In this document: in pieces, positions 58,106 to 64,000 of the stretch
Numbering within the stretch: position 1 is the first letter of the stretch
Layout: the number at the start of each line of letters is the position of its first letter
Assembly: GCA_937862805.1 (NCBI GenBank)
Contig: CALMDO010000062.1
Location: 26,380 to 90,379 of the forward strand
DNA from: an uncultured Bacteroidota bacterium
GTDB lineage: Bacteria > Bacteroidota > Bacteroidia > Bacteroidales > FEN-979
Direction of reading: 5' to 3'
DNA length: 64,000 nucleotides
Translations under genes and position numbers: made by a program
Notes under the pieces: model-generated
Seen by the model: the letters and a program-made list of their open reading frames with translations, nothing else
Database searches by the model: none
What the model was told of the DNA's origin: nothing

Positions 58106-58981
58106 TTACTGGTGCAAAGTTCCCGTATTGACCACCGGAGTGGTGTCCTTGTCTGAACAAAGCACCACCATCAGGTTGCTGATCATCGTGGCTTTTTTAT
58201 CTTCATCCAGCTCGATCACCTGTTTTTTACTGAGCTGATCCAACGCCAGTTCTACCATACTTACAGCCCCTTCCACGATTTTTGTCCGGGCTGCCACCAC
58301 GGCTGTAGCCTGTTGCCGGCGCAACATAGCTCCGGCAATCTCGGAAGCATAAGCCAGGTAACTGATCCGGGCTTCCAACACCCTGATCCCCGCCATGGCC
58401 AGCCGTTCTGAAAGTTCACGCTCAAGCGCCTGATGTACCTCTTCGCCTCCTGCCCGTAACGTTATCTCCTTCTGGTCATCGTCAAAGTTATCATAAGCAT
58501 AATGCCCGGCTAATTTCCGGGTGGCTGCCTCACTCTGAACATCCACGAAATGGGTAAAATCATCCACCTCAAAAGCGGCCCGGTAGGTGTTTTCTACCTT
58601 CCATACCAGCACAATCCCGATCATGATCGGATTGCCCAGTCTATCGTTGACTTTTATCGGCTCACGGTTCAGGTTTCTGGCCCGCAGCGAGATCTTCTTG
58701 CGCACCAGGAAGGGATTGACCCAAAAAAAGCCGTTGTCTTTCAACGTTCCCCGGTAATCGCCAAAGAGCACCAACACGGAAGATTCATTGGGATTGATCA
58801 CAAGGAGCCCGATCGCAATAAAAATTGCACATGCTACAAGTACTAACGATACCACAATGGCCCATGCAAACTGATTCAAGAAAACCAACCCGCAGATTCC
58901 CGCAACCAAAAGGAGGAACAACAAAATCACGGCCACATAACCCGATGCAGCCGAAGTAACTTTTTCTTTTTCCATATTCAT
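58106..58981 (-). CDS. SPFH/Band 7 (slipin-like) membrane protein
   Basis: Two N-terminal TM helices, then an SPFH core (VKVNDRLGNPIMIGIVLVWKVENTYRAAFEVDD...) and a coiled C-terminus. Confidence 0.75.
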   Translation of the reverse strand: MNMEKEKVTSAASGYVAVILLFLLLVAGICGLVFLNQFAWAIVVSLVLVACAIFIAIGLLVINPNESSVLVLFGDYRGTLKDNGFFWVNPFLVRKKISLRARNLNREPIKVNDRLGNPIMIGIVLVWKVENTYRAAFEVDDFTHFVDVQSEAATRKLAGHYAYDNFDDDQKEITLRAGGEEVHQALERELSERLAMAGIRVLEARISYLAYASEIAGAMLRRQQATAVVAARTKIVEGAVSMVELALDQLSKKQVIELDEDKKATMISNLMVVLCSDKDTTPVVNTGTLHQ

Positions 58982-59067
58982 GATAGTGATTTTATTATAA
59001 TATCAAAATGATATTGCAATAATACTGATATTTTTCGGAAAAGTCAAGTTTTTTTTAAAAAACCAGA

Positions 59068-61425
59068 TCATGGCTGGTTGACGGGTCTCCAATGGGAGGC
59101 TGGCCCGGACCCCATCACAAAGACCAGTTCTCCTCCGGCGACGAGGTCGGAATGTTTCAGTGATAGTTGGTCCAGCTTGCGCCCGTTAAGGGATACGGAC
59201 TGAACGTAAATATTTTTATCACTCAGGTTCCGGGCGGTAATGATGAGGGAAGTACCCTCATCAAGGGTTATCTTCGCCTGGTTGACACCCGGAGCTCCGA
59301 TAAGATAGCCATCGGTACCGGGACAGACCGGGTAGAACCCCAATACGCTGAAAATATACCACGCGCTCATCTGTCCGCAATCGTCGTTCCCGCACAAACC
59401 GCCGGGTTCGTTCCGATACATGGTACTGACCACCTCCCTCACCCGTTCCTGCGTTTTCCAGGGTTGGGAAGTAAAATTATAGAGATAAGGCACGTGATGG
59501 CTGGGTTCGTTGCCATGAACATAATTACCGATCAGTCCCACCCGCGTAACATCCTCGGTCTCCGCAAAATATTTATCATCAAGGTGCATGGTGAAGAGCG
59601 AATCGAGCCTTCGGATGAAGGGGCGGTCTCCTCCCATAAGGTTTTTTAATCCTTTGACATCGTGGGGAACAAAAAAACTGTAATTCCATGCGTTTCCCTC
59701 AATAAACCCTTGCCCGTGGGTGCTCAGGGGATCAAAAGGATCTTTCCATTGATTATTGCTGTTTTTCGCCCTGATAAAACCGGTGGAGCGATCGAAGAGA
59801 TTTCTGTACCAAAGCGCCCGTTGGTCAAACAAAGGAAGTTTTTCCATGATCTCCATCTTGTCCAGTTCAGGTATCTCCGGAGATTGGTCCAGCGCCCTGG
59901 CAAATTGTGCAATGGTATAATCATCATAAGCATATTCAAGGGTAACCGAAGCGGCATTCGACAGTTTATCATCCGGGACGTAGTGATATTGTAAATAGTC
60001 ACGGATACCGTCGTACCAGCGATTCTCCGCAGTAGACACACAAGCCCGGAAAGCTTTGGTTCCGTCAAAACCTCTGATGCCTTTTACCCAGGCATCGGCA
60101 ATGACCGCTACACTGTGATAGCCGATCATGCACCAGTTTTCGTTGCCGTGATGCGACCAGACCGGAAGCATCTTTTCCGGACTTTGATCGTAATGAGCCA
60201 GCATGGAATTGACCATATCGGAGGTGCGCAGGGGATAGAGCCATATAAGCAAAGGATGAAGGGCGCGGTAAGTGTCCCAGAGGGAGAAGGTTGTATAATT
60301 GGTGAACCCTTCAGCCTGGTGGATCTCCTGGTCAACACCCCGGTAGCGGCCATCCACATCCATATAGACCATAGGAGATAAAAGGCTGTGATACAATGCG
60401 GTATAAAAATTAATCCGGCGGTCCGGAGAGGTTGTGATCTCTATTTTTCCAAGTTCCTTTTCCCAGTTTTCGCGCGCCTCTCCGCATGTCCTCGGGAAAT
60501 CAAAATGGGGAATTTCCTTTTCCAGATTTTTCATGGCGCCCTCCATGCTCACCGCGGAGAGGCCCATTTTAACGCGGATTTGCTCTCCCTGGTTTGTAGT
60601 GAAATCAAAATGGGCTCTGATCTTTTTACCGGCCATTTCGGGGAAATTCTCATTCACTTTGAACTTCCTCCAAAAGCCACGGTACACGGGCTGTTCTTCA
60701 TTCCTGTATCCGTACGAAGTGAAAGGTTTTGAAAACACCATCGCGAAATAAAGGTAACGGGTCCGGGCCCATCCGGAGGTCAACCGGTACCCGGTGACCA
60801 GGGTGTCATTGACCACCTTGACGTAAGCCCAAAGGACTTTCCCGTCATAATTGTAGATCCCGTGGATCATATCCAGGATGATGTGGGCGCTGTCGGTAGC
60901 AGGGAAAGTGTACTGGTGAAAACCGGCACGGGTGGTGGCTGTAAGTTCTGCTTCCACATCCGGTTCATCGAGATGGACACGATAATAACCGGGGGAAGCC
61001 TGTTCGGAGGCTTTCCGATAGGTTGACCGGTAGCCGGTTTCAGGGTGGTCAGCAGTGCCGGGATTCAGTTGCAGTTTCCCAACCGTGGGCATCAGCAGAA
61101 AATCTCCCAGGTCAGAATGCCCGGTGCCGTTGAAATGGGTATGGCTGAAACCGACAATGGTAGGGTCATCGTATTGATAACCTGCGCAATAGCGATAGAC
61201 GTCCGGGTTATAACGACCTTCTTTTTCATAAGGGACGGTATCGGTATCGGGGCTGAGTTGAACAAAACCAAAGGGGACAGAAGCTCCGGGAAAGGTATGC
61301 CCCATCTCTTTCGTACCGATAAACGGGTTCACACAATCAACCGGGCTTTTTTCATTGCCCTGCGCCGGTGCTTTGGAGCCGAAGGAGAGTAAAAGGAGGA
61401 AGAATAAACCGGAAGTTTTCTTCAT
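59068..61425 (-). CDS. GH92 family alpha-mannosidase
   Basis: 785 aa. Signal peptide. GFSHTHFNGTG, GNEPSHHVPYLYN and CGNDDCGQMSAWY motifs are typical of GH92. Confidence 0.9.
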   Translation of the reverse strand: MKKTSGLFFLLLLSFGSKAPAQGNEKSPVDCVNPFIGTKEMGHTFPGASVPFGFVQLSPDTDTVPYEKEGRYNPDVYRYCAGYQYDDPTIVGFSHTHFNGTGHSDLGDFLLMPTVGKLQLNPGTADHPETGYRSTYRKASEQASPGYYRVHLDEPDVEAELTATTRAGFHQYTFPATDSAHIILDMIHGIYNYDGKVLWAYVKVVNDTLVTGYRLTSGWARTRYLYFAMVFSKPFTSYGYRNEEQPVYRGFWRKFKVNENFPEMAGKKIRAHFDFTTNQGEQIRVKMGLSAVSMEGAMKNLEKEIPHFDFPRTCGEARENWEKELGKIEITTSPDRRINFYTALYHSLLSPMVYMDVDGRYRGVDQEIHQAEGFTNYTTFSLWDTYRALHPLLIWLYPLRTSDMVNSMLAHYDQSPEKMLPVWSHHGNENWCMIGYHSVAVIADAWVKGIRGFDGTKAFRACVSTAENRWYDGIRDYLQYHYVPDDKLSNAASVTLEYAYDDYTIAQFARALDQSPEIPELDKMEIMEKLPLFDQRALWYRNLFDRSTGFIRAKNSNNQWKDPFDPLSTHGQGFIEGNAWNYSFFVPHDVKGLKNLMGGDRPFIRRLDSLFTMHLDDKYFAETEDVTRVGLIGNYVHGNEPSHHVPYLYNFTSQPWKTQERVREVVSTMYRNEPGGLCGNDDCGQMSAWYIFSVLGFYPVCPGTDGYLIGAPGVNQAKITLDEGTSLIITARNLSDKNIYVQSVSLNGRKLDQLSLKHSDLVAGGELVFVMGSGPASHWRPVNQP

Positions 61426-61435
61426 ACGACAGGGA

Positions 61436-62002
61436 CTACCAATAGATTAAAAGGAACAATGCCGGGATCAGGATCCCGATGGCGGTCAGCCAGGCGCCCC
61501 GTCCGATGATGCCGTTTTTTCCCCGCAACACGAAGAGGCCCGTGATGGCCAAAATGATCAATCCGGCTGCATAAAGATCAGAGAACCACGTATAAAATCG
61601 CTTCAGGTTGTTATAATGCAAAAGGTTGAACTCCCTGATTACGTACCGGGTTGTTTTCTTTTCCAACTGTGCTGCGCCGGTATTGAGATCCACGTAACAC
61701 GATCCGTTGTCTAAAAAGATCTGTACATACCCTTCACCGGTGATATGGCTCTTGTAATGCCGTCGTTCCCCCACTTTTTCAAGTACTTTGAATACATAGG
61801 TCTGATCGACTGCACCGGAGGGTGGTATCGGTACGGTGTACTCATGGTATGACTTGCTGTAATCAGGATGCATGAAATCGCCTGATTTAAAGTGATTCAG
61901 GACGATCCCTGAGACCGCGTAAATGATGGTCATTCCAAAACAGAGATAACCGATATCACGGTGAAGAATGTTATTCCACCGGCGGAGGGTTTTCGCTTGC
62001 AT
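61436..62002 (-). CDS. PepSY-associated TM helix domain protein
   Basis: RRWNNILHRDIGYLCFGMTIIYAVSGIVLNH N-terminus is typical of PepSY_TM. C-terminal TM helices. Confidence 0.6.
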   Translation of the reverse strand: MQAKTLRRWNNILHRDIGYLCFGMTIIYAVSGIVLNHFKSGDFMHPDYSKSYHEYTVPIPPSGAVDQTYVFKVLEKVGERRHYKSHITGEGYVQIFLDNGSCYVDLNTGAAQLEKKTTRYVIREFNLLHYNNLKRFYTWFSDLYAAGLIILAITGLFVLRGKNGIIGRGAWLTAIGILIPALFLLIYW

Positions 62003-62004
62003 GA

Positions 62005-62556
62005 TTATTGAATGACTTTGTAGGAGATGGCCTCAACAGAAAAAAAGGAGAGGTGGTCTTTTCCGCTGTTTTTCAGATCGGCCCGCAAGGCCGCGATTTG
62101 GTCTAATTTCTCCTGAACACCCTGATCTTCATGTCCTTTAGCCCCTGTATGAAGACCGGCACCGTGGTTTTCTTCCGGTTTTTTAACTTCAGCTTCCCAT
62201 TCGTTAAGGTACTTGGTGTCAATCCTTTCTTCGCGAAGCAGGCCGGTAATGAGGATCCGGCTACCAATCAACGATTCGTCGAATTTGGCAATTTGCTCAC
62301 CGGCAGTAACTTCTACACGAATACTATCGGTTCCATCGACCAGGAAGAGCCTTTTACCACCATGCTTACAGGTATGAAAAACGGTTCCTTCGATCATAAC
62401 GGGTTTGTTCACCAGCGAATCGGCTTGCCGGGTAAAGGTCAGAACCGAGATTCGTGTGGTATCGGCTTTGGCGTTCAAATTTTTATCCGTGGATGAATTA
62501 CAGGCTGAAAAGGCGAGAACGACCGGGAAAAGAAGCAGGTACATTGAATGTTTCAT
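62005..62556 (-). CDS. Hypothetical lipoprotein
   Basis: Leader MKHSMYLLLFPVVLAFSAC. No recognised family. Only 2 nt separate it from the downstream PepSY_TM gene. Confidence 0.5.
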   Translation of the reverse strand: MKHSMYLLLFPVVLAFSACNSSTDKNLNAKADTTRISVLTFTRQADSLVNKPVMIEGTVFHTCKHGGKRLFLVDGTDSIRVEVTAGEQIAKFDESLIGSRILITGLLREERIDTKYLNEWEAEVKKPEENHGAGLHTGAKGHEDQGVQEKLDQIAALRADLKNSGKDHLSFFSVEAISYKVIQ

Positions 62557-62688
62557 AAGGAAATGGATTGATTGGTATGCAAAGATCAATGTTATCCTCC
62601 GATTTTCAAAATCATTGGTCGTCGATTAACACTATTTTAACAGGTTATTGTTGTTTTTTGTTAATATTGTTTTCAAGAAAGTTCAACC

Positions 62689-64000
62689 ATGAAAAAGCGA
62701 CCACTGATTCCATTATTGCTTATCCTTAACCTGGCTTCCGGCTTGATCATCACAGCACTCACCGGTTGTCAGCGGGAGACCCGACTGATCAGGGTGAATC
62801 CAGCGTTCCGCCAGTATATCCAGGCCTTTACCTCCGGGATTATCTCAACCCGGTCGGTCATCAAAGTCCGGATGAACGATGATTATTCCGACACGTTGTC
62901 ATTGAACATGCCTCTGACAGAAGCCTATTTTGAAATCCGGCCGGCTGTCAAAGGAAAAACCTACTGGAGTGACCGCAGAACCCTGGAGTTCAGGCCTGAT
63001 GAACCCCTGTCGCAAGACCAGCGCTTCACCGTCAGTTTCTACCTTTCAAAACTGGTCGCTGTCCCCGACTCGCTGAAAACCATGGTTTTCCAGGTCCAGA
63101 CCATGAAACAAGAGATCAGTATCACAGTGAACAACTACCGGGCTGTTTCATCTTCAGATTTCTCACGGGAGTTTCTGACAGGCACCCTGATGACCTCCGA
63201 TGTGGCCGATGACCAGGCTGTGGAAGCAACCCTCAAAGCCAGCCAGGAAGGAACGGAATTACCTGTTACCTGGTCGCACGACCGTAAAAATAAAACCCAT
63301 ATCTTCCAGGTGGACTCTATCCGGCGTCAATCTAAAGCCGGGGAAGTGAAGCTGACTTACAACGGCGATCCCATCGGCGTTGTAACAAAGGGATCTTTGA
63401 AGGTTGACATCCCCTCGTTGAGTGATTTTATCGTGACCGGGATCAGTAGTTTCCCGGCTGACCAGGGTTGCCTGATGGTGCAATTCTCTGACCTTCTCGA
63501 TCCGGGGCAGAATCTTGACGGACTTTTTCGTGTTGGTCGGTACAACGATCTGCGTTATTCGGTTGAAGACAACATTCTTTGGATTTATCTTCCTGAAAAT
63601 CAAGATTCAAAACTTAAAGTCACGCTGGAACCAACCATCCGGAATTGCCAGGCCAAAAGACTGGGCAAAAAAGTAATTCAGGAGGTGACGATTGAAAACA
63701 CCCACCCGGGTATCCGTTTTACGGGCGACGGGGTGATCCTCCCAAGTTCCAACGGGATGTTGCTTCCATTTGAAGCGGTCAACCTGAATGCGGTGGACAT
63801 TAAGGTAGTCAGGATTTTTGAAAAGAACATACCGCAATTCCTCCAGGTGAATGAGCTGAATACCAATTCGGAACTGGCCAGGGTTGGAAGGATTGTCCTG
63901 CAGCAAACCATGCCACTGCAGGGTGTCACAGACCATGGGAAATGGAACCGTTTTTCAATCGACCTTTCTACACTGATAAAAACAGAACCCGGTGCGCTTT
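62689..64000 (+). CDS. Alpha-2-macroglobulin family lipoprotein, N-terminal part (runs off window)
   Basis: Not in the ORF track because there is no stop in the window. My translation from the ATG at 62689 reads MKKRPLIPLLLILNLASGLIITALTGCQRE..., an open frame to 64000. N-terminal organisation resembles bacterial A2M/MG-domain lipoproteins. Confidence 0.6.
   Translation, partial: MKKRPLIPLLLILNLASGLIITALTGCQRETRLIRVNPAFRQYIQAFTSGIISTRSVIKVRMNDDYSDTLSLNMPLTEAYFEIRPAVKGKTYWSDRRTLEFRPDEPLSQDQRFTVSFYLSKLVAVPDSLKTMVFQVQTMKQEISITVNNYRAVSSSDFSREFLTGTLMTSDVADDQAVEATLKASQEGTELPVTWSHDRKNKTHIFQVDSIRRQSKAGEVKLTYNGDPIGVVTKGSLKVDIPSLSDFIVTGISSFPADQGCLMVQFSDLLDPGQNLDGLFRVGRYNDLRYSVEDNILWIYLPENQDSKLKVTLEPTIRNCQAKRLGKKVIQEVTIENTHPGIRFTGDGVILPSSNGMLLPFEAVNLNAVDIKVVRIFEKNIPQFLQVNELNTNSELARVGRIVLQQTMPLQGVTDHGKWNRFSIDLSTLIKTEPGAL

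Overview
This is a chromosomal window with the hallmarks of Bacteroidota: three T9SS C-terminal sorting domains, TAnnTTTG -7 promoter boxes, an atpBEFHAG operon without atpD/atpC, and a GH92 mannosidase. It is densely coding. I support about 61 CDS and found no rRNA, tRNA, CRISPR array, transposase or integrase. Most genes are housekeeping: hemW, pgk, ispG, tsaB, F-ATPase, ferritin, msrA, cysS, tyrS, Mla-type ABC transporter, LPS/O-antigen glycosyltransferases, and TolC with its adaptor. The most unusual locus is 33.1-42.2 kb. It holds a tight five-gene operon: a Kbl-like alpha-oxoamine synthase, AcpS, an AcsA-like adenylating enzyme, a DltC-like carrier protein, and a second, diverged Kbl-like alpha-oxoamine synthase. 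This is followed by a secreted thioredoxin-fold protein, a Pat-like ADP-forming acyl-CoA synthetase-GNAT fusion, and L-threonine dehydrogenase. I read the operon as a candidate carrier-protein-dependent aminoketone or sphingoid-type pathway embedded in the Tdh/Kbl threonine module; that function is inference. Other loci worth a second look are two EF-G paralogs outside any str operon (one lacks the switch-II catalytic His), an uncharacterised UVR-motif / 95-aa / WYL-regulator operon, and an SPFH / RHH / DUF1648 operon. All functional calls come from reading the translated ORFs by eye; no database search was run.
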